A stretch of DNA of 63,340 nt, filler included, from Octopus bimaculoides (Eukaryota), in NCBI RefSeq assembly GCF_001194135.2. It is 4 parts of 4 records of this genome, joined end to end, with 100 filler letters (N's around TTAATTAATTAA, not from the genome) between each part and the next. Parts side by side here need not be neighbours in the genome. Positions count along the whole stretch, not along the records: positions 32,607 to 58,938 come from NC_068983.1; 3 more parts are not named here. One strand, given 5' to 3'. A program made the translations under genes and the position numbers. Below the pieces are notes generated by a model that was not told the origin of the DNA, ran no database searches, and was given only the letters and a program-made list of their open reading frames with translations. Shown here in pieces: positions 39,105 to 52,449 of the stretch (position 1 is its first letter; each line of letters starts with the position of its first letter).

Positions 39105-39320
39105 CCTTTCTATTTTAAGCACAAGGACTGAAATTTGAGGGAGGGATATAGTCGATTACATCGACCCCAGTGTTTAAATGGTACTTAATTTATCGACCCC
39201 GAAAAAATGAAAGGCAAAATCTACCTCGGCATAATTTGAACTCAGAATGTAGCAGCAGATGAAATACCACTAAGCATTTTGCCCAGTGTGCTAACGAATC
39301 TGCAAAGCTTACCAGGACTG
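39105..39320 (-). mobile_element. SINE family 3
   Basis: TACTTAATTTATCGACCCCGAAAAAATGAAAGGCAAAATCTACC is the reverse complement of the family-3 core. A TAA tail lies at ~39095. Confidence 0.75.
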
Positions 39321-39559
39321 TAACAAATAAGAAACAGTATGGACATGTGACAGCGAGATGCCTAGGAAGATAGATCAAAGAGAACTGCTGCGAATAACAG
39401 CATGGGCGTGTGACAGTGAGCTGCCTGGGAAGCTAGATCAAATCTGAAACCATCAAGAAGCAGGAAGTCTTCTATGATCTGAGCCTATGCTCTTCTGTGG
39501 AAAGAATACATGAAGTGAGAAAAAATTGGAGAGAGAAAAGAACAAACAGGTCTCAATTA

Positions 39560-39925
39560 AACAGTCTCCACATGCTGAAGCCAGTATGCTCCGTTGGATG
39601 TGTAATGTCAATGTGAATACCCGTCAGAGTGTAAGTATCTTGAGAGAAAAGCTGAACATTAGAAGCATCAGTTGTGGTGTGCAAGAGAGACGATTGCGCT
39701 GGTATGGACATGTGGTGAGAATGGATGAGGATAGCTGCGTGAAAAAGTGCCACACCCTAACAGTTGAGGGAACCCGTGGAAGAGGTAGGCCCAGGAAGAC
39801 CTGGGCTGAAGTGGTGAGGCAAGATCTTCGTACATTGGGCCTCACCGAGGCGATGACTACTGACCGAGACCTTTGGAAATGTGCTGTGCGTGAGAAGACC
39901 CGGCAAGCCAAGTAAGATCGTTGCC
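39560..39925 (+). mobile_element. RTE-clade LINE ORF2 C-terminus (uninterrupted)
   Basis: MLRWMC...RRLRWYGHVVRM...EGTRGRGRPRKTW...DRDLWK...* is the RTE C-terminal signature. The 3' UTR runs into an N gap. Confidence 0.9.
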
Positions 39926-40272
39926 NNNNNNNNNNNNNNNNNNNNNNNNNNNNNNNNNNNNNNNNNNNNNNNNNNNNNNNNNNNNNNNNNNNNNNNNNNN
40001 NNNNNNNNNNNNNNNNNNNNNNNNNNNNNNNNNNNNNNNNNNNNNNNNNNNNNNNNNNNNNNNNNNNNNNNNNNNNNNNNNNNNNNNNNNNNNNNNNNNN
40101 NNNNNNNNNNNNNNNNNNNNNNNNNNNNNNNNNNNNNNNNNNNNNNNNNNNNNNNNNNNNNNNNNNNNNNNNNNNNNNNNNNNNNNNNNNNNNNNNNNNN
40201 NNNNNNAAATTAGGATTTAGATGGAATCGGGTACTTGAAAAGATATGCAACAGGTAGGGTTGGATAAACCTG

Positions 40273-40355
40273 TGGTTCTGGCCTATGGTTCTGGCCTATG
40301 GTTCTGGCCTATGGTTCTGGCCTATGGTTCTGGCCTATGGTTCTGGCCTATGGTT
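40273..40355. repeat. 13-bp minisatellite (TGGTTCTGGCCTA) x6.4
   Basis: Six perfect units plus TGGTT. Confidence 0.95.
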
Positions 40356-40674
40356 GGTGAGTATGAAATAGGATATTCTGGTTGTGCACACAGAGAAAGC
40401 CAACCCTATGAATTTTTAGTGCCTAGGGGCTGGTGTAAGGCATGCATTACTTTGAATTGCTCATTGCTGGTATACTCTAGGGTTCCGACAAATCGTAAAT
40501 CCCCTTGGTGTATTATTAGGTCGTAAACCTTGACAGTTGCTCACTTTACACCATTATTATATTTTGATCATCTTTATTTTTAGTTAGAAAGCTGACACAA
40601 ATATTTCTTCATTCTAACTCATTTTGCACCTTATAAAGTATTTATAAATCGTTTTTTGCTATTTTTGCTTAGAG

Positions 40675-40925
40675 ATGGATACGAGGGAAATTCGAACAGT
40701 TTTGAAATAAGAGTTCTTTCTTAGAAATACAGCATCACAGACAGCACTGAATATTAATGGAGTATTTTATTCTAATGTTATTACACAGCAGACAGTATCA
40801 AATAGGTTTGCAAAATTTCGTTCTGGTAACTTTGACCTCATAAATGAGCAATGCAGTCGACCAGAAACAAAGGTGGATAATGACGAACTGAAAGCCACAG
40901 TCAAGTCAGATTTATCTCAAACATA
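40675..40925 (+). mobile_element. Mariner transposase N-terminal remnant
   Basis: MDTREIRTVLK*EF...TASQTALNIN...RFAKFRSGNFDL...RPETKVDNDELKATVKSDLSQT matches the mariner HTH region. Confidence 0.75.
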
Positions 40926-41199
40926 ATTTTATAAACAAAAAATGTCCCAAGAATACAGCAGGGACATGTCTGAAGTCTGTCGAGGCTAACTAGTTAGTTA
41001 GTTGGCCTCAACAGACTTCAGCCACGTCCTTGCTGTATTCTTAGGATATTCTTTTCTTTGAAAAATTACGTCTCATCTGATGATTACAGTTTTTTGTCAT
41101 GGCGTAATGTTCTCATTCTTCTATTAAAAAATGCATAAGAAACAGTTGTAATGAGCTGAGATTTATCCATCGTCTGTTATTATTCATTTGATTATATAT

Positions 41200-41203
41200 A
41201 CAT

Positions 41204-41288
<85 letters not shown>
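41200..41288. repeat. (TA)n microsatellite
   Basis: Directly visible. Confidence 0.95.
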
Positions 41289-41291
<3 letters not shown>

Positions 41292-42829
41292 TCATTTACA
41301 TATATACATTTAAATATTTTGGATAATAAAGAAAATAAGAAAACTTACAGCTGTAGTATGAATTTTGATGTCTTACATACCACAAAAAGTTGTTACTGTA
41401 TATTTTATACTTGCATATTCCATTTTGAAAGTCACAGTCAAAGGGACCTGCAGCAATATAGAAAACATGTAAATGAAAGTTTATGCACCATAATTTGAAG
41501 AACTGAATTTTGGGGATTTCAAAACAGATAAATTTCTTTGAAAGTTTCTTTTGCTAATTCTGAAATATTTAACAGAAAATATATATATTATACTTCCAAT
41601 TCTAGTAATTATCAATTAAATTACTGTAACAATTTAATATTGTGTCTGCATAAATATTAGAACAAAAAATAAAAGGCAGGTCATTTTTTTTTAATGTTTA
41701 ACATACTGACATTCAAATTTTGAATATCAATTAATAAAAATTTGAATATCAATTAATAAAATTAAGTAAAATCGATACAGATTATAAAGACAAGCACTTT
41801 TCTGCTGTCTAGTATGTGTACATATGTGTTAGGGTGGGTGGGCAACAGTTATAGCTTAGTCAGGAAGAGAAGGATGTGGCCATCATCTTTGCAATCCCTC
41901 TCAGATAAGTAGGGTTAAATTTTTAACATTAGTTGAGCTTGAGCATCTCCAAGTCGAAGTTTGCAGAATAATGCAAGCAAGGAGAAAATTCTAGAAAGTT
42001 TGTGCTCTTGTGAGGATAGCTGAGTCAAAATATGAATTCTGGAACCTGGGTGGCAGTTGATATAGTAGAAAAGGAGAGAGAGGTGTGTTGGATGAGGTGA
42101 GCAAGCAAATAATTCAGAATAACACATCCAATCCAGTCTATGGTACTGGGTTCAGATCCTTTATGGTTGGATAAGCCATTCATCCATCTAGGATCAAAAA
42201 ATAAGTACCAGTAATATCCTGGATTAAAATTAATTGACAATATCCTTTTCACCTTACAAAGAATATATTGCTCGGCTAAGTGTAGCAAGAATACAAATAA
42301 CTTTTCTGTTGGGATCCCAGGCTATTTCAGTATTGATTGTTGTTATTTCATTTTCCTGACTGATATTTTCCTTAGTAAGAAGAGTATGATCCTAGCAAAT
42401 TTCATGACTTCCCCACCTTAGGTGCCAGAAGAAAACGGGAATGTTCTGTTTTATCAGTTTACATGTCTAAAACTTGCAATTTATGGTGTTATCCTGAATA
42501 CTGAGTGCACCATTGCTAGTTACATTGAAAGCCAGATTTCTGGGAACCCCATAATCCATTGGATTAGTGAGGGCCTCACTTAAAAATTTCCATTACATGG
42601 ATATTTTGAGTGAGTCAGCCTAATGAAGCTTAAATCACATATGGGAGGATTTGAGCTGAACACTGTAACTGGTTAAGTCTCTTCATCTGCAGGTTTTCAA
42701 TATTCTCACTGAAAACAGAAGATTGACCAGTGTCTGTATGTGAACTAATATGGTAATCAATTAATGAGTATAAAACTCAAAAGAAGAGAATAGTATTTTG
42801 AAGATACTACATTCATACGGTAAAGTGAA

Positions 42830-43130
42830 AATAACTGCTTCTTGCTGAATTAGGAAAAACTTTAAAGGTAATTCTAGCTGTCCACTAAAGAAAACCTGGA
42901 AGAATGTTGTAGAGCTGAAATATATGAGAAGATAGAAATATCAAGCATAACTTATCATTATGGCAGGGAACATCATCAACTGTTGTGGAACAAAGTCAAG
43001 ATAATAGATAAAGAACATGGAAGATAAGATGATGGAAGGAATCAGTGTATATGCTTAGCTTTGATAACTTTTTCAGTTGTCCTAGCAGAGGGAGGAATAT
43101 CATATACCATTAATCAAGAACACTTGCAAA
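42830..43130 (+). mobile_element. Penelope-like element GIY-YIG endonuclease remnant
   Basis: Across frameshifts, FKGNSSCPLK ... HHQLLWNKVKIIDKE-HWKIR..KESVYML resembles the GIY-YIG C-terminus of Penelope-like elements (YxGETxRxL...EH...H...W..VKII..E......LKE). Confidence 0.5.
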
Positions 43131-43771
43131 CACAGTTAGGGTTCCATTACCAATTTGTTCTATGTGACAAAGGGATTGTGTATATCAGGGATGAATCGAT
43201 GTCATGTATATGTAATAGTTTAGCTAGTAGATGTGTGTTGAATCTCTAGGCCAGTCAAACAACATCTGGCTCAAGTGGAACAAGTGCCATCACAAGCAGA
43301 AGAACAGATAATACGAAAATGTTTCTGGTATGACTAAAGAATGAGAACAATTGATCTCTCTGGACTGAATAAAATGTTTGGTTTGAAATTCCAAGAAGGG
43401 TACCATATATGATAGACACCCATAGACAGTCACAGAGTGCAACAACTGAAACATTGTGACTATTACAAGCAAAGTAAAGATACTAGTCTGGACATATCAG
43501 TTTATAAATAATTCCTCATCTCAGAAATTCAGGATAAAAATATATTTTGAGATATCAAAATTTATTTCCTTCCTCTTGATGAAAATATCAATTCAATAAT
43601 GATTTTTTACTGAGCAGTGAGAATGATGAAATTAACTGCTTAGGCTAGTGCATTGCTACTCCATTTATATCTACTCAGTGATCAAGTCAATAGTAGTTAC
43701 TCTCATCATATATAAACAAACCCTATCAATATAGCTAATCCTTTTACATATGAAAATTCTTTTAATATTAC

Positions 43772-44110
43772 CAGGGCATCCTTTTTCTTCAACTACTACA
43801 TTGTCTATTGCAATGTCTCCTTGGTACGAATTTCCTCTTACAGCTACAAATATGATTTCATTTATGTCATTTTCAATATGCAAACATGCTTTGCGCCAGT
43901 ATCTTCCTTTATTTCCTTTCTTTGTCCAGACTATTTCTTCAGTTGAAGATTGATTAGTGACAAATACAACATATAGTTGACCAACGTAACTTCCATACAT
44001 GTTGTAATTAAATTTCAGATTTTTCCCTTTGGCATTTTTTGAAACTGGAAACTTAAGGCTTGTTGTATCATTTAAATTTCCATAAGAAGCTTCTGCATAC
44101 ATATAGTACC
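43772..44110 (-). CDS. Internal exon encoding the C-terminal half of a MAM domain (secreted/membrane MAM-domain protein)
   Basis: Acceptor TTTTTCTTTTACAG|GG and donor CCTG|GTAAT. The exon is 339 nt, phase 1-1, stop-free. The peptide GYYMYAEAS...LKFNYNMYGSYVGQLYV...VWTKKGNKGRYW...GDIAIDNV...GC matches MAM consensus motifs. Confidence 0.9.
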
Positions 44111-44879
44111 CTGTAAAAGAAAAATGATGATATTGATTTGTCAGTCATTTATTAACAATTTAGACAGTAGAATTGGATATCAGAATTATTAAAACAACAT
44201 TTTCATGAGAAATTTTATATCTAATGTTTCTTTTTAGTTAATATAAAATTTTGAATAGTAATTCAGTTGTAATTCATTAAAACTTTATCATTTAACTTTC
44301 AAGTGATAAAAAATATGACTATTGGCTTGTTTTATTGAATTTGATTTAACTTTATGTAACATAGATTCAATTACATTTGTTATACGAGTTTATATCATAT
44401 CTTCACCAAAATTGCAACTTATCACTGTGCAGACTGATTTCATCCTTAATTCCTACTACAATTGTATCCTACCATCTAGCTCCAGCATGATGTCTCATCT
44501 TATGAGCAAAGATGTAGAGAGGAGGGCCAAATAGATAGGAATAACTGTTCTTGAGTCATTTCAAATTTGTTCCTGCCACCTTGCAGTGTTTCTGAGATGA
44601 ATCGTTTATTCTACATTGATCTGGAATTTATTTCCAATATTTAACATGATTTTAGACAATCTAGTAATGTGCAGCAATTGTTTAAGTCTATTTTGTCATT
44701 AGACCCACATTCTAGGTAATGGCTGGTATAGTCAGGAAAATGTGCAGTGTCTACAACCATCACAAAACTTTTTTCAAGTTAAATAGATATAGTTGATATC
44801 TAGCTAAATGTTCTTTAAGTTAACATGTAAGCAGAATCAGAAGTTAGCTCTACAATAAATATCCGAGGAATGCCAGAGA

Positions 44880-47800
44880 ATGATAAGCCTAAGGAATGAT
44901 ACAGAACAAATTGAAGTTAGAAACTCATATACAATCGGTGCGACAGAAAACATGAAATGAAAAGCAGAAAATTAACCCATGTTTTGAATGTGGTGAATTA
45001 CACTACAGATTCGACCGCCCTTATAGAAATCGAAAATGCTTTAAGTGTAATGTAATAGGTCATAAAATATGACGCTGTAAATCAAAACTTAGAAAATAGT
45101 TCAACAGAAAAAAATCACGTAAACAGTTTATCGTCGACAAGAAATACAAACCAGACTCAAAGGAAATTTGTATATGTAGAAATTGATAATACAAATGTAA
45201 AATTACAGTTAGCTACAAGTAATGACATTACTTTACTTAATGAAAACACATGCAAAACAATCGGGAAACCTGCATTCCAGAAAACGTCGAAGATTGCACA
45301 TGGAGCTTGGAGATTAAATTAATTTTTAAAGGCGAAATTATCTGTAACGTTATTTCATGGTAAGACTATAAAAATGAAAACTTATTGATTAAAAAATACA
45401 AGCAAATTTTTGGAACTGACCAGATGGAACTATTCGACTTATGGGATTTACCCATAAATAATTTCTGTAAAGATGTAATGGGGTCGTGCGCCAGTTCAAA
45501 TACAAAAGTCAGAAAATTTAGAAAAAAAGTGAAAAGATTGTTTCTTGATGTTTTTTCGAACGAGTTGGGTCAGTGCAATAAATTTAAAGCAAAATTTTAA
45601 GTTAAAGAACATTCATTACTAATTTTCAAACTCAAGCGTAATGTACCGTTTGCAGTACTGGAACAAGTGAATAAGGAATGAGACAGACTGGAAAAAATGG
45701 GAGTGATTGAAAAGATTGACCATTCAGACTGGGTGTCTCCAGTGGTGTATGTAAAAAAGAACAATAAAATTCGTGTATGCGCAGATTTCTCGTCGGTACT
45801 AAATGAATGTTTAAGACAGTATAACTACTCATTTCCTAGCCTAGAGGAAATATTCTGGAAATTAGATCTGTCTGATGCTTTCTTACAAATACAAGTTGAA
45901 GACGAATGTATTTAGCTGCTAGCAATTAATACTCATAAAGGTCTGTACAAATTTAACTGGCTTCTGTTTGGCATAAAAGTTGCTCCGGCTATATTCCAAC
46001 AAGTGATGGATGCGATGCTTGCAGAGTGTGACTTCGCAATGGCCTATCTAGATAATATATCAATTAAAAGTGAATCCTGTGGTCAACATGTCGAGCTTGT
46101 GAAATGTGATTTGGAAAAAATAAAAGATTACAGTTTCACACCGATTGAGGGGAAATGCGAATTTTTCTTGCCTAATATAATGGGAGGCTAGGTTTATGAT
46201 ATCGGATGGATATCGCCTTCTCCCATTGACTTTTGTTCTTTGCGTTGTTTCAGGCTCCAGCAAGTGAGGAAAGAAGACTTAAGTAAGATACAAATTCTTA
46301 ACCAGTTTTATTTACAAGTTACACAGAAGGTGTGTTGCCCTCAGTATGCCATTTTAAGCTGTGTGCGTGCGTTGTATCTTCATTAACGCGGGCCCATTGC
46401 TTCTGGAGATACGACATACAGACAAGGCTAGCCTGGTGACCCAGCCAGTGAAGTGTGTTCAGCAAGCGCTTGCAGTGAAGAAGAGATAGAATCTGTTTGC
46501 TGGGCCCTTATATCCAGTTTGCCATCACGAGCCTCGTTGTGATCTCGCGCATGGCAAATAGATGCAGGTGAGATCTCGCTCCAGTCTCGGAAATGGCAAT
46601 GGCTGCCGCGAGATCTCATCCAATATAGCGCTGACTGCTTGTGCCGCTACAAGGGCTCCCCCCTGAGGATGGCAGTGCGAAAACAGAATAATTGGAGCAG
46701 GCACAAGAAAGAGCAAAGATGGTAACTGATCGCAACCAACAAGATATGGTACAACAATGTGACAAGTCAAATAGAAAAATAATTGCAAGAAATAGAAATT
46801 GCCATGCACAAAATTTGACAAAATGTTCAACGGCAGAGTATTGGAACTGTTCAGTAACACAAGAAAGCAACTGTATGTCACAAGAAACACAAAAGAGATT
46901 GTCAGATATAAATAATTTTAGTGAGTTTTTTGGGCCAATGCACAGTGCGGCCTGTCCTGGTGACATAAGGTGTGTTTGTGTTAGGTTGTGGCGAGGAAGG
47001 TGTAGGTGATGGTGTGGTCAAAGGTGCATGTGAGGGTAGTTGTAAAGGATCAAAAGTGGGCGTGGCCGGAGTGTTATCGAAGGGCGTGAAAACTTCAAAA
47101 TATGCCGTTTTCAGACTGTCGACCACCGATGTCGAGAGTAAAAATTTTGGGTGTGCGCGACAGCACATGAAATGGTTCTTTATAAGGAGAAACAAGCGGT
47201 CCTTTGACAGAATCATCCCGAACAAAAACATGAGTCCATTTGTCAATATCCGGTGGGACATGAGAAGGAATAAACTGGTCACGCGGATGCATGGGTGGAA
47301 GACTTAAGAGAAAGGAGCGACGTCTGGTGACATACGACGTTGGATCAGGAGGCGATGAGTTGTCTGGCGCTAACATTGTGCCAGGGAGTGCCAGGATGGT
47401 ACCGTGAATGAGTTCAGCAGAGGAGAAACCTAAGTCTGCTTTAACAGCAGTGCGACAGCCAAGAAGAACGATAGGCAGGAATTCTGTCCAAGACTGCGGA
47501 TCAGGAGTGGCGCGTAGAGCGGCCTTCAGTTGCGTGTGAAGACATTCGACCATCCCGTTGGAGGCTGGGTGGTAGCTGGTCGTACGAATGTGATGAACGC
47601 CTAGGATTCGTGATAATTCACGAAATAGGGAAGCTTCGAACTGGCATCTGTGATCAGTGGTTATTTTAGCTGGGACATCAAAGCGAGCAATCCAGTTAGA
47701 AATGAAAGCTCGAGCAACTGACCCAGCGGAAATGTCCACTATTGGAATGGTCTCTGGCCAACGAGAGAATCGATCGACGCATGTGAATATGTAAGAGAAA

Positions 47801-50800
47801 CCGCGACTGACAGGCCATGGTCCAACCAGATCAATGTGGACATGGCGAAAACGAGCCTCCGGAGGAGAAAACTGTCCAAGAAGATCGCGAATATGTCTGT
47901 GGATTTTAGAACGCTGGCATTTTACACAAGAGCGTGTCCAATCGGTAATCATCCGGCGCATATTAGGCCAGAAAAACCGAGCCATAATAAGCTTCACCGA
48001 GGCAGCAACGCCAAGATGTGACAGTGAATGCAAGGCATCAAACACAGAGCGCTGGTGGTTCTCTGGTACAAACGGTCTGGGAGAACCAGTAGTTGTGTCA
48101 CAAAGAATGGTGCCTTCAGCAGACGGAAGTGGAAGATAGGCAAACTTGCAACAGGGCAACTTGGTAAAAGCTAAATCCAAAGTGTCCAGAGCTGGCTGAT
48201 CCTGCGCAATGGCAGTAAATCAATTGCAGCAGCAGATGAAAGGTAGCACACATGAAGACGAGAGAGTGCGTCAGCAGGCACATTCTCTGTTCCAGGTATG
48301 TACTGAATGTCACTGGGAAATGTAGACCAGGTGACGAAAAGCACGAGGCAAGTGTTTGTCCGATTTAGATGACAGAGCAAACGTAAGAGGCTTGTGATCA
48401 GAATAAATCACAAAATCTCGGCCCTCGAGTTGATGTTGAAAATGTCGAACTGACAGATAGATCGCCAAGAGCTCGCGATCAAACGTATTGTACCAACATT
48501 CAGCTGGCTTTAATTGACGAGAAAAAAACGCCAAAGGTTTAGCCTGATTGTCTACGGTGTGCTGCAAAACAGCATCAACCGCAGAATCCGATACATCAAC
48601 GGTTAAAGAGAGAGGAGCATCGGGAACCGGATGTGCAAGCAACGGAACAGAAGCTATTTCTTTCTTGATTGACTCAAAAGCAGATAACGCCTCGGCAGAT
48701 AAAGTAATGGGAGAATTCTTTTTTGTATTTGTTTTCAATAGCTGAGTCAAAGGAAGTAACTTGTCTGCACAATGACAAATGAATCGTATGTAGAAGTTGA
48801 CGACTCCGAAAAAGTGGCGGAATTGGCGTAATGAAGTGGGGGGTGCGATGCGCTGAATTGTATCGACTTTGGAAGAGAGAGGTCTGATACCATTTGAGTC
48901 GATATAATGCCCCAAAAATTTCAGAGAGGACTGCCCGAAAACACACTTATCGGGGTTGATTCGTACATTGTAGGCGCGAAGACACTGAAAGAGTTAATTT
49001 AAGTGTTGGAGGTGATTCTCACGCGTGTCGCTTGCAATGAGTATATCATCAACGTAAGCGAACACAAAATCAAGTACACGAACAACTTCATCGATAAATC
49101 TTTGGAACGTGCTCGTGGCGTTCCGCAAACCGAAGCTCATAAAAAGGAACTCGAAGCTGCTAAAGAGAGTAGTGATGGCAGTTTTTGGAACGTCCTCAGG
49201 ATTGACTGGCATTTGATGATAGGCACGAACGAGGTCGACCATAGAAAAAATAGTACAACCATGCAAATTAGAGAAGTCCTGGAAATTTCTTATAGGATAG
49301 CGATCGGGAACAGCGACCGCATTCAAACGTCTGTAATCCCTCACCGGGAGGAAATCAGAATCCCCTTTTTACGTCAAATGAAGGGGAGAATTAAGGGACT
49401 GGTGGAGAGGAGAATAAGGCCAAGCTGGAGCATGTACTCAAACTCGGAACTCGGTCAGGAGCAAGTCGCCGCGAGCGTGAAAAGACAGGTGGCCCAGTGG
49501 TGGTAATATAGTGGAGGGTCGAGTGAGTAGATTTTGCCGTTTGGAATAGCTGATCTACCAGTTCTGGGAAAGAAGCCAAGAGTGAATGAAATGCATCACC
49601 AGCAGTGGCAACGAAAAATGAAGGACTGAGAACAATATTGGTAGTGACCTTTGCAGGTGTAGACAAAAACGTAGAACCGTCGACGAGTCTCTGTCGCCTG
49701 ACCTCTACCAATAGATTTAAATTGTTCAAAAAGTCCGCACCCAGAATAGGATGTGGGAGATCAGCTATGACAAAAATCCACCTAAAATCCCGGCGAAGAT
49801 TAATGTCAATATGTAAGGAAACTTGACCGTAAGTCGCAATGGGAGACCAATTGACCGCGTGCAAGGTGATCTCTGAACGCTTTGGCTTGTCTGTAGCGAG
49901 ACGCAAAGGCCAAATAGAGCAACTAGAACCTGTGTCAACCATAAACGCCTCGTTAGGCACGCGGTCCTTTACAAAAAATGCACGATTTGAGGATAATTTG
50001 CCGAAAGTGCTTGACGTGCTCAAATCCTCCGCAGGTCGTTTTCCGACGAGTGGAAAGAACAAGGCTGAATGCATTTACGGGCTTTATGCTGATACCTGGC
50101 GTGGTACCAACAAAGACCGGAACTAGACAAAAAGGAATCGGTCGAGCGTGAACGGGACCGGCTTCTACTGCGACGGCGCGAAGAGTTGGAGAGCCCTCCA
50201 CAAAACGCGTCCATCTGGTGAGTTAAAAAAGCAAGTTTCTCCAAAATGTCATCATGTGATGAGGAAGATGCAGCGGAAGAAAGCTCTGAGCAAGAGCAGA
50301 CATGGCGAGGTGCTGGCTGGATAGCGAACTCTAAAATTTTATCAGCCATGATAGCTAGTTGATCCACGGTGTTGGTATCAACCGCTGTAGTTAAAATGGT
50401 TTGCACATTGGGCGGTAGCCGGGAGAAGAAAAGCTTCCGTAAGAGCGAGTTGTCCTCAGCCGTGTCGCTGAGCTCGCGGAGATGCCGTAAAAATTGAGAC
50501 AGCATCCTGTCTCCTAGCTCCCCATCTTGCATTATTTGCTTAAACTTAGACTCCGCGAATTTAGTGTTCCGTCGGAGAACCTCGGATTTAACCACCTCGT
50601 AAGTCACATCCGGACGAGGATCAGTGATGAGATCCCTGACTGAAGTAGCAAGTGGTGCAGGAATGCTACAAAGGAGAAGATTCAACTGTCGCTGTGAAGG
50701 TACTGCATGTGCCGCAAAATACGCCTCCAACTGTGAGAACCAAAGTGTGATGTCATCAGTGGAAGAAGGAAGGTTAGGTAAACTCATTTTTTTTTTGTCA

Positions 50801-52290
50801 GAGGAGAAAAAGAATAGGACTAAAAAAAAACCCACGAAAAGTGCTATTGGAAATAGTAAGCGTGTGTGCGAGAAAAAAAATTTCTGAGCAAAATTTATGG
50901 AATCGTGTACTGTAATGCACAGACAAGAAAAAAAATGTTTTCGTCGCCAAAAACACTGTTAATGTATGTATGCTTGTACCAATAAATTTGTTTTTTTTTT
51001 CGCTACTTTTTTGTCAGTTGAAAAAAATCGCCAGAAAATGCCGCGCGACTGGTAAAGTTCTGTTCGCACGTGGGGCAATTCAAAAGCGGTGGCTGGAAGT
51101 TAAGTGGAGTCTTCTGGTGTGCTGCAACTCTTTTCAGCTGCCGGAAATCCTTCACTCGTTTGGGGTCACCATTTACAATGGGAGGCTAGGTTTACGATAT
51201 CGGATAAATATCGCCTTCTCCCATTGACTTTTGTTCTTTGCGTTGTTTCAGGCTCCAGCAGGTGAGGAAAGAAGACTTAAGTAAGATACAAATTCTTAAC
51301 CAGTTTTATTTACAAGTTACACAGAAGGTGAAGTGTGTTGCCCTCAGTATGGCATTTTAAGCTGTGTGCGTGCGTTGTATCTTCATTAACGCGGGCCCAT
51401 TGCTTCTGGAGATACGACATACAGACAAGGCTAGCCTGGTGATCCAGCCAGTGAGGTGTGTTCAGCAAGCGCTTGCAGTGAAGAAGAGATAGAATCTGTT
51501 TGCTGGGCCCTTATATCCAGTTTGCCATTACGAGCCTCGTTGTGATCTCGCGCATGGCAAATAGATGCAGGTGAGATCTCGCTCCAGTCTCGGAAATGGC
51601 AATGGCTGCCGCGAGATATCATCCAATATGGCGCTGATTGCTTGTGCCGCTACACTAAAATTAAGTACTTAGGACAAGTTATTGATAAAAATGGTCATCG
51701 ATCAGATCCGTCGAGGGGAGATTTGATTAGAAATAAATATGCCCCCTCCGACAAATATATCTACCTTATAATCTTTTTTGAAACTTGCAAACTATTATCA
51801 GATTTATAAACCAAATATGTACAAGGTAAGAGCTCTACTAAATAATTTACCAAAAAAAAAATACAAAGTGGAATTGATCTCAAAAGTGACAGAAGGCGTT
51901 CGACGAAATTAAAAAGATATTAACGTCAGATTTGTCTTTAGCACATTTCGATCCTGCATTAGAAATTGTATTAGCTTCAGATGCCAGTGAGTAAGGTATC
52001 GGAGCAGTAATTCTTCATAAATACGCAGATGGTAACATGAAAGCCGTCGCCCATGCTTCGCGTTTCTGCTAACAGCAGAGAAAAATTACAGTCAAATTGA
52101 AAAAGAGGCTCTAGCAATTATTTTTTCCGTAAAAGAATTTCATAGATTCTTACACGGCAGAAGTTTTCGACTACATCGTCCATATGAGTCGAGGAAAGGA
52201 ATCCCTACCCATACTGCTAATAGGTTGCAACGTTGGGGTACTATATTGCTAAATTACGATTTTAAGATGGAGTTTATACTATCTAAGAAA
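44880..52290 (+). mobile_element. Ty3/gypsy host family copy B (44880-46175 + 51659-52290), interrupted by a nested LTR element
   Basis: Knuckles CFECG/CFKCNVIGH and RT IRVCADFS...YLDNI. Removing the insert and one TSD restores EFFLPK|IKYLGQVID. RNase H SDASE.GIGAV...YSQIEKEALAII follows. Confidence 0.85.
46176..51654 (-). mobile_element. Full-length CsRn1/Kabuki-like Ty3/gypsy LTR retrotransposon (frameshifted gag-pol)
   Basis: LTRs at 46176-46651 and 51174-51654 differ by about 12 substitutions and one 5-bp indel. TSD CTAA. PBS TGGTGACCCC (51161-51171, tRNA-Trp-type) and PPT AGGGGGGAGCCC (~46653-46664). gag LWFSQLEA, protease VDTGS, RT YVDD, RNase H DHKPL, integrase HIDLVGP/YHPASNGMVE. Confidence 0.95.
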
Positions 52291-52449
52291 TTTGAACTGA
52301 TTAATATATAACTAATTTTTGTATTATTCTATTTATTGCAGTAATTATGTACTACTATTATTTTCATAACCTACTTTCAAAATTCTAATTATTAATTAAT
52401 AATTAAAACATCATTTTTTTTAAAGCGTAAAAAATATTTTGAGTTATTT

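Noticed and set aside
40273-40355. Short direct repeats as a CRISPR array
   Set aside because: There are no spacers and the context is eukaryotic. It is a simple minisatellite.
41710-41762. 22-bp tandem duplication (and a similar 24-bp one at ~4245-4290)
   Set aside because: These are ordinary replication-slippage duplications with no further structure.
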